Below, piece by piece: positions 1 to 13,010 of a stretch of DNA of 64,000 nt (its first letter is position 1; every line of letters starts with the position of its first letter). A program made the position numbers and the translations under genes. Origin of the DNA: Octopus bimaculoides. Its lineage: Eukaryota. The stretch is from NCBI RefSeq assembly GCF_001194135.2, contig NC_068984.1:28824981-28888980 (forward strand), in the 5' to 3' direction. The notes under the pieces are model-generated. The model saw nothing but the letters and a program-made list of their open reading frames with translations, ran no database searches and was not told the origin of the DNA.

Positions 1-1579
1 TTTACTTAATATTTTCAAGAAAACTTATATTCATTAAAATATTACTTCAAAATGTCTATATTTTCTTTTACAGATATTAAATTATTAATGTTTAGCATTA
101 TTCAAATATCCCTCAGATGACCAATCACCAACATAAAATTGATGTGATGATGATGATGACTAAATAAGATACATTAAGTAATTTACAGAAGTTACATATT
201 AAATGATAGCTGTTTACTTATGAAATTTCCTCATGTTTTTGGCATTTTGAATCAAAATGTTTAAATTGCATCAAATTGCAATTAACAACTTTATTGCTTC
301 TAGTAAAATTTACTAAAATTTTCCACATGAATCACAAATTTTACATTTTAAATTTGAAAGAAATGGTGCTCAGTAAAGGAAATTAAACTAGAAAATGTTT
401 TCGCAATTATCATTTTAATACTGAAATAAAATTTACATAGTTTTGTACATTTAATTATTTAATTTGCAATATAGAAGTCAATATTTTCATTTCTTCCTGG
501 AAGTGTAACTATCAGCTAAAATATTTAACAAGAGAACTATGCAATTAGCTAACAATAAAATGACATTTAAAAAAAAATTTCTATTTGGTTTTATATTTTC
601 AACTGTATCGAAAGTACAATATTTAGAATTCGTGCCAGTGCCCAGTAATTTCATTATCTGTATATTGTACTTATTTGTAAATCCTGAAATTTTGGTTTGT
701 GTGATGTCTGCATTTTTTTTTTTTGTGAACTTTAAAACAGATTTTATGAAGTGTTTCCATTTTCAGCTCCCTACACATGAGATATCTTCATATTTTGTAA
801 GAATGGATTCTTCATGCTGGAGGCCTATCTTTATTTTGTAGTGTTTGACAATTTCTGGTTGATTAAACATCATTGCTCTGTTTGTGAGTATTGGCAAAAC
901 CTAAGTATAGTTGCGTTGTCATTCTCTGAAACCTTCTCTATCTTCCAGTATATGTATGCCCCAACTCTGTCATGCCCTAGATATATTCTTTCTTAGCAAA
1001 GACACAATAGAGTTATTTCTTTTCCATATCCACATAATCTTGCACTTTCTGCATTTTACTTCATTATGTGGCTTTTTAGTGAGAATCCTGAGCAACAATC
1101 TTAGTTTAGAGTCCTGTACTTCTCAGGACACTAAGCTTATTTTCATTGTCTACTTCCATTCTCTTCCATTTTTTTTTTCAGGTATTTGGTGCAATTGTTT
1201 TATTATTTTGGCATTTATAGCCATGATAAAACAAATATAGCTAACATCATGTCAGCTTTTGCTGCACATTGATGACTTGCTTGAAAACAGAAGTAAAATT
1301 ATTATTATTTTTTTTTTGTTCATATGTTGTGGTTATTTGAAGGTCTTTCATTAATCTTTACTAGGTATTTTTGTAACTTTTTAGTGGATATTTTATACCA
1401 TTTGCATAGGGCCCCCAAGCTCCATGTATTCACAATAAATATAATCTTTCTGTGTCAGATTTTGTGTGGTGCATTATAAAGGCAGTAATTCTTTTTCTTG
1501 TTTCTAGTTGAGTTTGGCTAATTTATTTAACTATAATTAATTACTGTAACAACTAGAGTGCTGATGTCATATATACATA

Positions 1580-1900
1580 GATGGTGCATGTCTGCTCCTT
1601 GCTGAGTTTCACCTCTTCTTATACCTGTAATTGCTCTTACATGAGATCTTAAATGACTCTTGAGCCCTGAAATGCATTCAAAGAGCTAATCAGGTTTACT
1701 GTAGAAATTCTGCATTTCAGCATAGGTTCCATTTCTACTTATTTATTATGAATGTTCAAGAGCTGCTCCAATCCTCCACATGACTTGTAGGTTTCCTGAG
1801 ATATTGCATTGAAACTGGTCAGCCAGAATGAAATTCCACTAGTTCATGTATCCCTTACCTGCATGATCACACTGGTGTAATCTAATACCAGCATGAGATA
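1580..1900 (-). mobile_element. Possible LINE 3' fragment with C2H2-like remnant
   Basis: Minus-strand translation CISGLKSHLRSH resembles the C-terminal zinc finger of some RTE-type ORFs. It abuts an (AT)n tract. Confidence 0.35.
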
Positions 1901-1903
1901 TGC

Positions 1904-1905
<2 letters not shown>

Positions 1906-1950
<45 letters not shown>
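1906..1950. repeat. (AT)n microsatellite
   Basis: Direct reading. Confidence 0.98.
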
Positions 1951-1953
<3 letters not shown>

Positions 1954-2239
1954 TAGTGTTTACTGTCAGAATAAATTAACTCAGCAGCATAGTAGATATT
2001 AATAATAATACTTATGATGTAACTTGTCTGAAGACTCGGCACATATCAAGACAAAACTCTGATTCCAACCTGAACAATAATATATATATATATATATATT
2101 CATTCTGTTGTAAGTATTAATCTGTGTCTAGAATATTTACTTTCATAATTTAAGTGTTTTGTGCACTAAATGATTCATTGACTCCTAAATATTTGTATGT
2201 CTGTGAACTCTTATGCAGGTTCTAAGTCTGTATATTTTA

Positions 2240-2850
2240 TTGTTTCTTTAACCATGGTAATGAGAAGGAGTTTTCCTAGGGGATCCAGTCATGTTTTGTC
2301 TCCAGCACCATCAGTTTCTCATTAAAAACCTCTACCAGTAAATATTTAAATATTTTAACCAGAAGTGTAGAATCTTATCATGTCCTGGTGCCTTCCTGCT
2401 GTTTAGTTTTTGCAGTATCTGAGCTACTTCCGTTACTATGGTCTCCTATGATTGCTCAGATGCTGTGTTCATTGTTTTGAACAATTTCATCCGTGATTAT
2501 TTCTTCACTGCACATACTCCTCCCCAGAATACTGCTACTTCACTTGATGTTCGTGTTCCACTGATTTACGTTTTATTTTTACCAAGTTCTTAATAAAATT
2601 GTTTTAAGTTTGAGCTGAAATGTTTGTTTTGTTCAAAGAGCTGTGGTAATTTTTCATACCAATGGATTCTTTACAAGTTAACAAGGATCTCTTATTTCAA
2701 GTGTTCTTTGATTTTAGGTACTTTTTTTTTTTTGTTATGTTTCTGTTTCTGTAGTATTTGCCTCTTTACCCATTTTTTAAAACTTGTTCTGTTGTTCATT
2801 TCATTAAGGATTGAGAAATCTTTTCTCTGACTTGCTTACTTTTTCTGTAT
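2240..2850 (-). mobile_element. R4/Dong-type LINE fragment (region upstream of RT)
   Basis: Minus-strand translation includes KQFY*ELGK and VAQILQKLNSRKAPGHDKILHFWLKYL, matching the KxxNWKAPGxDxIxxFWLK motif of this clade. Confidence 0.65.
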
Positions 2851-3599
2851 ATTTGTTTTCCATGTTTGCTTGAGTTATAATATTCTAAACAATTATCATC
2901 ATCATCATTATCATCATGCTTTCAAAAGTTTATGCAAGTTTCTACTAAACTACTAGACACACCTTTGTGTTTCTGAGGTGTGTGCAGCATTGTCTTTTGA
3001 GAATGTAAAATTATGTTTGTAAACGAAGTACAGTTTGCTTTGTTGTGGGATTTAGTTTGTTATTTCTGGTATTATCATAGTGTTTCATCTATTGTGCAGA
3101 GCATGTGCAACGTGAGTCATATTATTTTGTTTGTTGGTGTTTTTGTGTTTCACATGCACTGTGTGATTGGTGTTATTTTAGCGTCTGACAGTAACAGCGT
3201 TGTGTTGTGTGAGTTGATGCTGTCCAAATATCACAGAAAGAACCTAGATTTTGGATTGGAACTGATTCTTTCACTGTTAGTGAAATTTTTAAAATAAAAC
3301 CAGAAAAACATATATGCTTGATTTAAGTAAAAAAGAGCTTAAATAAATCTCGAAGAAAAACAAACAAGCATGCATGCATGGTTCTTGATAGCTTGCTTGT
3401 TTTTGTTTGAGATTTATCTGAGATCTTTTTTGCAGAATTCAAACATGCATGTTCTTCAGGTTTATTTTTAAAATTTCACCTACAGAGGAACAGCAATGCA
3501 TGCATGCATAAATAAATAGATGCACATACGTGCATACATATATTCACACATACGTAACAGCATACATTCATAGATAAACACTGTTTACAAGGCTATCCA

Positions 3600-3970
3600 C
3601 TAGAAAAACCATTCTGAGAGTCATATAAAAGATACATTAGAACCAGAATGCATTCACACATTTAAAAATAAGGAATGCTTATAAAATATTCCAGTAAAAA
3701 CATCAATCTTGTGCAAACATACCAGACTCGATCTTGTTCTATGCGACAAGAAGTAAAATCATGCAATGCTGTAAAGTTCAGCTGCCCGGCAAATTTAAAT
3801 ATAAGTTGTGGAAAAAAAATCTCTGGCAATCTACTATGGAACTTATAGTTCTTGTACTTTGGTCACAAATTCTCATTTATACCTATGGCCAGCATTGCAG
3901 TAGACTATGTAACAACAGATTTGCATTAAAGCCAGGAAATGCCAGTGCTTTCCAAGAAGAAAGTTAACTG
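3600..3970 (+). mobile_element. Decayed restriction-like-endonuclease C-terminus of an RLE non-LTR element
   Basis: Translated pieces TRLDLVLCDKK, SCNAVKFSCPANLNIS and PMASIAVDYVTTDL resemble the RLE consensus NRPDLVLWDK...VEFSCPADINI...PIVVGALGYV. Confidence 0.5.
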
Positions 3971-6754
3971 ATTTGCATTCTCTAAATTCAGTTAATTAGT
4001 GGTACGGTGAAGATTTGTAAAGTATTCAAGATTTTTTGAGATTCATGCAATGAATATATGCACACAATCACATAAGCATCTGGTATATACACATACATAA
4101 AATCAAATGTACATTCACATACATATGTATTAAGGCAATATACACTTGTTACATGATCACAAGTATATCTGGACATAGATGTATGGTCATATAAACTGAA
4201 ATATTCACATATTTCTGGAAATACCTTGACTAAAACAAAAGAAATTTATAATTCAGTTACTAACTGGCACAAAATCTGCAAAGAAGAACTACAATGTCAA
4301 AGAAAATCCTTCATGCACACATGCAAACTTTAATCCTGGAGATTTAATCTTTAAGTTCTTATCAGATTTGAAGCTGGTCACTGGCAATATGAAGAGATAC
4401 TGATACAATAAAAATTCTACTCATGTGGACATGTCTTAACAATGCAGGAAACCAACATGCCAAAACAAAGATGCTACTCATAATTATGTGGTTGCAAAAG
4501 AAATCAGGGTTTAACCAACAGAGGTGCAATGCTATAGATTAACATCACATAAATAGTTTGGATATTCATTCCTACAGCTGGGACAATAGCTGAGGTCAGA
4601 AATTAGAGATGGAGATTGATCACATCTTTCACAACTATGATCATAATAGTCTTCCCGTAAGTGATATGTTTACACTTTCAACAACTATTTTCTGTTAGTG
4701 GCATGAGGTATAGTCAATAAACATGAGATTATATATTTGATTATATATGTGAGTTAGTTATTTCCATTACAGGTCAATCACATTCTATTATGTATAATTT
4801 AACTGAAGATACAGTTGTATCTAATATGATGTATGAAACTTTTTATATTGGTTCCTTAGTTGTATAAATGTTTTTGAAAAGTTGCAAAATGTGTGTTATG
4901 AAAGAGGAGGGGATAAAACTCCTCGGCTTAAATGGGACTAAATCCATCAGCTGAAATCATTCAAAACAACTATACTATAAGTAACATAAGGCAACAGTTT
5001 CAGGCATATTTCAGACATTGGATTACAGCATGGTATTGAATTTGATTATCAGCATTAATAGCTTATTCCAACAGTGATGCCTCCTCCTATTGTGTTTGAA
5101 AAGTTCTGGGCTTTTACTTCTGAGCATATTTGCGAAGCATTTTGTTACTACTGAGCATAATGAGAAGCATTTTGCTTGATTTGACACTTCAAAGAGTAGT
5201 GTTTACATTTATATCATGTTAACCATCTTGACAATCATGTTGTGTGTGTATGTATATATATATATATATACACATATATAATGTGTAGTCTCTCCACTAT
5301 TAATTAATATCCAAATATGTTTTAGAAAATGCTGTAATATTCTCTAGGTATCAGTAATAAAATGAATAGTACTGGTGCAGACAATTTTTATAGCGCTCAA
5401 AATGAATTATTTCAGGTGATTTCCATTAGCAAATTCTATTACCAGATTTGTTTGTTGAATCTATAGATTTATAGTATGTAGAGGAAATGTAACTTAAAGG
5501 AATTTAGATGTCAAACAAACCTTAGACAAAATATAATTAAAACAAATATTAATTTACAGCAATAACTATGATGATAATGATGATGAACTATAAACAATTT
5601 TTTTATCAGTCTAAAACAATAGTCTTCTCCTAACAAATGCACTTATTGATAATGGAAAACCATTTATTATAAATTTAGTCTTAAGAAATGCTTCTTGTAA
5701 AACTGAAGACCTATATTATATCACAAAATATATAAACTTGGACTCACACATAAAACTGATTATAAAATAAATAGCATTAGACTCCCATCATATGTTGGTT
5801 CATATTCATATACTGCTAACATTGTTGTAACTTCATTTTATTTGAAACTATAGAAGAGATACAAATTGTTGTATATAACTGTCCTAATCTATATGTTAAT
5901 AGTGTACATATGATATATAATTTGTCTCCTCTTGTGCACACACATCAACTGTGCACATACATGCTAATTTATATAGTTCTATTCTAAGTGAAAATTTTAA
6001 AATGGAAACAGTCATTATACCTTCTCACACAAATGACACAATATAAAGCTTGTTATACATTAAAATATTTTAAACACAAATTTAATCATAAAGTTAACTT
6101 GTTATTCAAGTATACTCATAGTTAGAACAATAAAATAAATAATGTACAGTTCTTAGTGCAATGAATAATTATAAGAGAAATTATACTCTAAATATGATGC
6201 AAAATCTGGTCAAAAAAAATTAGAAGTTGACAATTTTCTATGTAATATTCTCTGAAAGATCAAATGGAAACCTCAAAAAATTAATATGTTCTGTAGTTCT
6301 TCGACTTTGAAAAGCCTGTAGAATCGTATTTGCATTTTAACATAACTTTTTTTTCTAATCAAATATAACATAATGTTAAATGTATGCAACAAGGAAAATA
6401 CATTTGCTTTGTGTGAAGATGTTTCACAAGATCTCACAATTTCAATTATTATATTTTAGAAAATATAATGCAGACATTTTTGGATAATTTGGTGGTGAAA
6501 GTAAGCTATGTTCAGATCGTATTATTCTTATGTGTAAACCTGTTCCTTCTTATTTATTTATTTTTTTTGCTAATTTTTATTTTTACTCTTTAAATGGCTA
6601 CTGAGAGTTACAATAAATTGTCAAAGAATCTTTAGAAAATTTGTTAAAATGAAATATGAATTTGAGAATTTCTAAACAACTCATAAATTTCTACAACTGT
6701 TCAGTGAAGCTCAATTTAAGGAGGATTAAAATATCTCAGCAACACTGCATGTGA

Positions 6755-6756
<2 letters not shown>

Positions 6757-6796
<40 letters not shown>

Positions 6797-7043
6797 NNNN
6801 NNNNNNNNNNNNNNNNNNNNNNNNNNNNNNNNNNNNNNNNNNNNNNNNNNNNNNNNNNNNNNNNNNNNNNNNNNNNNNNNNNNNNNNNNNNNNNNNNNNN
6901 NNNNNNNNNNNNNNNNNNNNNNNNNNNNNNNNNNNNNNNNNNNNNNNNNNNNNNNNNNNNNNNNNNNNNNNNNNNNNNNNNNNNNNNNNNNNNNNNNNNN
7001 NNNNNNNNNNNNNNNNNNNNNNNNNNNNNNNNNNNNNNNNNNN

Positions 7044-7102
<59 letters not shown>
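6757..7102. repeat. (GT)n - assembly gap (N, 6797-7043) - (AT)n(AGAT)n compound microsatellite
   Basis: Direct reading. The gap is bounded by microsatellites. Confidence 0.97.
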
Positions 7103-8496
7103 CGTGTGAGTGATAGGGATTGTGAATCTATGTTGGTAAATATATGCACAGAAGTAATAACACCTGTGTCCATACATGTTTGCATATATCAATCTTTTTG
7201 TGTATGCCAATATGTATGTCAATATATATATTTGGAATTATGGGTGTTCATTGTTGGTATGTACATCAGTGTGCAGGCATTGTGTGTTATGTTGATTCAG
7301 CAAATATACTTCAGCTAGAATTTGTACAGATATATTGAAATAATAAGCATAAAGATATGGAGATAAGGAAAACCTAGTAAGGAAGCCAAGAGCAAATCAG
7401 CTGGAATTCAATTCCCATCTGGTTTGCTTCATATTCTATTTCCTTATTTTCCTAGAATTTATGAATGCCTCTATATTACACATGTGAATATATTACACAC
7501 ATATTCACATACATGTGTGCACGTGCACACAAACACATACACACATGCAAAAGTAAGCACACATATAAATGCAAACTTATGTGTTAACTGAGAATATACA
7601 TAAACACAAAGGAGTACATAGACATAAATAAAGTGTGAGAAGTAAATGGGATTCATATCCATACTATTTGGAACACCAGAGTATGTTATGATTCAGATCA
7701 GGTTGTTTCCATATAAAATATTTCATTCATAAACTTGTACATATAACGATCAGAAACCTTCATAGAAATTTCCTTTCAGCTCAAAAGTTCATAGACAAAC
7801 AAGAATAAGACAATGTCTTGACAATCATTTAGAACACAGTTAATTCCTTTCTTTGATCTAACACTACTTTTTCTACTACTGTTATATATTACTGCTGCTG
7901 CTGCTACTACTACTACTTTCTGCTGTAGTGATCTTGTGATGTACATTCAAGCACCATACAGTTTTAATCGGGTAGCAAACAAAATCTGTCACTTATTTTG
8001 ACACCATTGCCTGGTCCTTCAGAATCATTAGTGAGTTCACTTTGTTGCAAATATTTAGGTAAAATTTCTTGCCTGGAGTAACTCGCTCCCTTCTTTCTAC
8101 CACAAGCTTTAGAGGTGCTGAAAATGTTCATGGTCAGTCTTTTAGCTTCTGGTATAATCTCAAGGTATCATCTTAAGCTATGCCAATGTATTTACGAAAG
8201 AAGTTTCTTGTCATTCTTCTCCTACCCATTAAGGGTCGTTTCTCTCTGACATAACTTTTTTTCTATGCTGCTTACATATCTGCTATGGTTCTTGAGTTCT
8301 ACAGTTAACTTTTGCATAACATTGGTTGTTCAGTACCCTCCCCACTGCCACTGCCCTCTTCTTCATCACCATTGCTGGCATTGTTTTAATACCTACTTCT
8401 CCCTCAAAGCAAACATCAAACAGAATTGAGGCAACCTGTTTGCTCTTTCTTGACTCAGCAGCTAAGTTAATGTTATTATTATTATTCAAATGTGAC

Positions 8497-8554
8497 GGAA
8501 TCTAGTTACCAAGTCAAGGAATCTAGTTACCAAGTCAAGGAATCTAGTTACCAA
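8497..8554. repeat. 21-bp tandem repeat, 2.8 perfect copies
   Basis: ggaatctagttaccaagtcaa x2 + ggaatctagttaccaa. Confidence 0.95.
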
Positions 8555-8904
8555 AACCACATGTAATTTCATTTCATTTCAATTACAGCCAGACTCCCCC
8601 TACCATTGCAAAATTCTTATGTGATAAATTTAATAATAATAATATGCGATAGTTTTAACATTTAATGATAACAACAATAATTATTATTAAATACTATGGC
8701 TTTTCTTCTGAGCGCGTCTAGCTATGTGGTGCATCAAACTTAATTTGTATAAGGCCTGTGCTCAAAGTCCATTCCCAGCATCTGTCGTATATTTAAAAGA
8801 CATTTTTAAATATCATTCCATTTCTTTGCTGCCATTCATAAATCAACAACTCACTTGTGCTTTCTTGAATCAACAGCTAAGTTATTCAGTTCTATATTCA
8901 AGAG

Positions 8905-9020
8905 ATGAGGAATTATTTACATTATTTACATTTGACGGATATTTGTCCTCAACTTGTTTGTTGTTAACACAACGTTTTGGCTGATATACCCTCCAGCCTT
9001 CATCAGGTATCTTGGGGAAA
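8905..9020 (-). mobile_element. Penelope-like element terminal fragment
   Basis: Minus strand ctgatgaaggctggagggtatatcagccaaaacgttgtgttaacaacaaacaag...gtcaaatgtaaataatgtaaata has the CTGATGA...(G)AAACG signature found in Penelope pseudo-LTRs. Confidence 0.7.
8966..9011 (-). ncRNA. Degenerate minimal type I hammerhead ribozyme (probably inactive)
   Basis: GAUAC-CUGAUGA-A-GGCUG-loop-CAGCC-AAAA-CGUU-GUGUU. Helix II is 5 perfect bp. Helix I GAUAC/GUGUU pairs with 2 G-U. Helix III is the palindrome AACGUU. The conserved GAAA reads AAAA. Confidence 0.6.
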
Positions 9021-9983
9021 AGTAGCAGAAAAGTAGGTAGATAAGGTAATTGAGGTAGTCAGAGTATGTGATAGGGTAATGAAGATGAGACTTACCATAG
9101 ATAAATTAACAGTTACATTTGTCTCTACCTATGCTCCTCAGTCTGGGCTGACTGATTAGCAGAAGGACCAATTCTATGAGATCCCTTTGCAGACCACCTC
9201 AACAACAAATGACAGAAACTTTATTATTGTGGCTGGTGGCTTCAATGAAATGTTGGACAGCACTCCCATGGATTCCAGGGAGTGCTTGGAGGATATGGTT
9301 TTGAACCTAGAAATGAGGAGGGAACAAGACCGCTGGAGTTCTGTGATGCAAATGATCTCATGATCTGCAACATTAATTTAAAAAAAAAAAAAAACAGCCA
9401 GCCACCTAATCACTTATCAGTCTGGTAAACACATAAGCCAGATTGACTACTTCCTCACCAGGCAACGAGATAGATGGATGCTTAAAAATGCAAAGTCTTT
9501 CCCAGATAAAGAATGTACAACCCAATGTAGGTTACTAGTTAGTGCCTTCAGAATTAGAGTTAGAAAGACTCAGAGAAATAAACCAATTTGGAAAAGAAGT
9601 CTATGGAAGCTCAAAGACCCAGCAAACAGATAAAAATTTAGAGATTTACTAATGGAAGCTTTTGACAAAGGAAAGGAAAAGTTGGAGACATATAGATTAG
9701 AGGACAATTGGAAGTTCCAGTGTGACAATCTACTGAGGGCTACGGACAAAATCTGTGGTTGGTGTAGAGCCCCAGCTAGACCAAAGATGACATGGTAGTG
9801 GAGCAAGGAGGTTGACAGTGCTATAAAAGCAAAAAGACAGGCCAGGAAAGACTGGAAAAATGGTGGAAGCAGAGAATATTATCAGGTAGCCAAAAGGGCA
9901 GCTAGGCATCAGGTATACATAGCAAAAGGAGTAGCTGAAGGTAAGAGATTTGCAAATGTTCTACAGCATAAGGACCAAAGTCA
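9021..9983 (+). mobile_element. RTE-clade LINE fragment, AP-endonuclease domain and downstream linker
   Basis: Reads VDKVIEVVRVCDRVMKMRL...VSTYAPQSGL...IIVAG(D)FN...GGYGF..RNEEGTR.LEFCDANDLMICN...HLITYQSG...SQIDYFLTR...LWKLKDP. Frameshifted. Confidence 0.92.
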
Positions 9984-10962
9984 TGGATCACAGTTGGATG
10001 CCCTTCCTAACACAGTCCCCATGCTCTCTCGATCTTGCCTTTGATCTTTAGCTCTCCCTCCCTTACACATAAACATTCAGACTTATGGTCAGTTAAAATT
10101 GCACTAAAGGTTAAAACTCAGTGTGTATGTGTGCATGTGTGTGTGCATGTATGCATGTGTGTGTGCACATGCAATTATTTGTATATAAAGATGTATGTGT
10201 ATATTAGTGGCAACTTTAGTTTAACGATTCACTTACACAACTATATTAAAATTTTATTTGTCTTAACTGATATTTTACATTAATTCTAATAATCATATAA
10301 TATTGGAAAACATTACACAAACAAATTTTCAAAAATCAATTCATTAATAATGTATCGCTACCTAGGAAATTTAAATAATGAATACTTGTGAATCAAAACC
10401 AGTAAACTAGACCTAGATTCATATATATAAAAATTATAGCATATTCTAATTAATTATGCCATAAGATCATTGCAGCAGAAATACAAAGTATACAGGCATA
10501 GAATTCAATCTTTAACAACATTACTTTCCTTTGCAGAATAACCAATAAGCAAAACATTGACAACTTTGAATTGAGTTACTAAAATTATACCAGGGAACAG
10601 AAAAATGAATTCTTAATTTATCTTATTACTAGTATGAAATGCAAGTCATAATCAACTGGGTGAGTCTGACCCATCTTAGCTAAACACATATACTGCAGTA
10701 AAATCTAATATTGCAACATATCGGGTAAGACCCAGAAAATTCAATTGGCATTTAATTTGTTGGCCCTCACCAAAATAAAGACTAAAAAAAAAAGTACAAA
10801 AGAAAAGATGAAAGACTGAGTCAACCTCAGTGGGATTTGAAATCAGAAGTAACTAAACTCTGTATAAGATTTTGCTTGTCACTATTCCAGTTCTGCCAAT
10901 CCAACATACTAAATTTACAATCAATAACTGCAAAATAAAAAGCACATATTATGCTTGTTTAA

Positions 10963-11183
10963 CCCTTTCGTTATTAGCCCGGCTGAAACTGCCTCTGGCT
11001 CTGTAGTACAAATGTCTTGTTTTCATAAGTTTTGAATTAAAATCTTCCACCAAATCTTAGTTGCAATTTATGTTCCTAACACTAGGTTAATGATAACAAA
11101 GTTATTTTAATAAATTCTTTGTTATATTTGAGATAATTGAAAGAAATACCGAACATCTCAAAATAAATACGATAACAAAAGGG
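10963..11183. mobile_element. piggyBac-type MITE (221 bp)
   Basis: TTAA on both sides (10959-10962, 11184-11187), CCC...GGG termini, and TIRs ccctttcgttatt / gataacaaaaggg (11/13 match). No coding capacity. Confidence 0.8.
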
Positions 11184-11194
11184 TTAAGCACATT

Positions 11195-13010
11195 TTCATC
11201 ATTTAATGACCATGTGTCATAGTGGCCTAAGTTGGATGGTTTGACAAGATCCAGCGGGTTCAAAGACTGCATTGTTGCTCCAAATTCTGCTTTGCCATGG
11301 TTTCTGCAGGTAGGTGTCATTCCTAACACAAAACACTTTTCACTGCGTGGTTTATTTTTGGGGAACTAGTACTAGTGGATTCACCATGTAGTTTGCAAGA
11401 CTGAGATTATTTTCAAATGAGGGGAGCTCCAGCAGAGGAGGCATCTTTGTGCTACGTGATGAGAGATTGAAATAAAAGAGAGAGGCCTCAAGTAGAATGG
11501 AATTTTTCTGCAGAGGGGCAACATAGATACTCACATTATAGAAGTGAGAGTGGAAGTAACCATGGTGCACCTGAATAGAGATGAAAATAGCAGTGATGGC
11601 AGGATGGATCTTCAAGGCACAAGATAAGTAGCAGAGAAGACAGAAGAATAGAGAGTATGGATAGGCAGGGGTTATGAGAGTAAAACATAGTTAGTAATGA
11701 GGAATGGACCCAGGGGTGAGTATAATGAATAAACAAGTGTTGAGAGATAAATAAATGTAGTGGGGAAGATATGGAAGAGTAGGTGACAAGTGGTGGTTCA
11801 AGGGTGGATGCAGTCAATGGTGTATAAAAGGTGGGGGTTATCAATGATACATGTGGGGTGGGGAGAATAGAAGATGGCTGGCTATGCAAAAAATGGGATG
11901 GGGTGGAATCATTAAAAGGATGAGAATAACAAGAGAATGATGAGAGAGAGAGAGAGAGAGAGAGAGGAAGAGAGAGATGATGCAGGTGTGGTGTACAAAG
12001 AAAGTAAGAGATGTATGGTAGTAGAGAAGGAGAGATAATTTGGCGGCACAGATGGGTGATCAATATAAAACAAGAGAAAGAGGACAATATTAAGAATGAA
12101 GGATAGATATTAAACGGATAGGTTTCAGTTTGTGAGAAAGATAAGTGACATCAGGGAAAAGCTGGTATAGCAAGCAGTTCTGCCCACATTTAATTACAGC
12201 AAAAGAATATTGAAGTTAGAAAGATGATAAATGGTTAGAAAGATGATGGATGCCTTGAAGAAGAAATTGGGTGAGCAGCCCAGTTATGTATATATATGTA
12301 GATATTTTGCTTCCACTTTATGAGGTCCATGGTCTTGTGATCAGCCTTTATTGTTTCATCCATATCAGCACAATCTTCTTTCTTGCACATTACATCTAAT
12401 TCCTCTTATGTCCAATCTTTCAATACTTTTGTACTTCTCCATTCATGCACACTTACGTTACACAGCCAACAGATCATGCTTGCATCATTTCTTTCTAACT
12501 CCCTTACATTCAAGACTCGTCTCTAATTATTATGCAGAATTGCAGTTCTAACACAAGTTTCATACAATCTTCCCCTCACTGTAAGGGGAAAGATCTTTGT
12601 TGCTAGTAGCAGTGGAAGTTCCCAGAACTTTTTCCATTTCTTTCTTAGCCTAGCTATTATACCTTCAGAGCAACCATCTTCCCAACTAATTGAGCATTGC
12701 AGGTAAAAATAAGAGCTGTTGATTACTTCTAGTGAGCCATCCCGGCATTTAAGACAATCTATTTCCAGTGTACTCCTTGTATGTACTGCTCTAGTGCATC
12801 CATCACATATGACACTTACTTTTTCTGTTTGTCTGTCTTTGATTTCATTACACCTTTTGTGTGTCTTGGATGCAACATATAAGCTTGTACCTTATCCTTT
12901 TCTGCATGTCAAGCAAGGCCATTTCTCTGAAGATAACAGGGTCCTGCTTCCTTACTAAAAACCTTAGTCTTTGCTAAGTTTATCTTGAATCCTCTTGATT
13001 CTAGGTTTGT
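11195..13010 (-). mobile_element. RTE-clade LINE, 5'-truncated (RT C-terminus, pyrimidine-rich 3'UTR, conserved tail)
   Basis: Minus-strand remnants NLESRGFKINLAKTK, WPCLTCRKG...THKRC, GRLYETCV, ERNDASMICWLCNVS and IRGIRCNVQERRL. These are followed by a purine-rich (plus-strand) UTR at about 11560-12180 and a catcatttaa tail near 11205. Confidence 0.85.
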
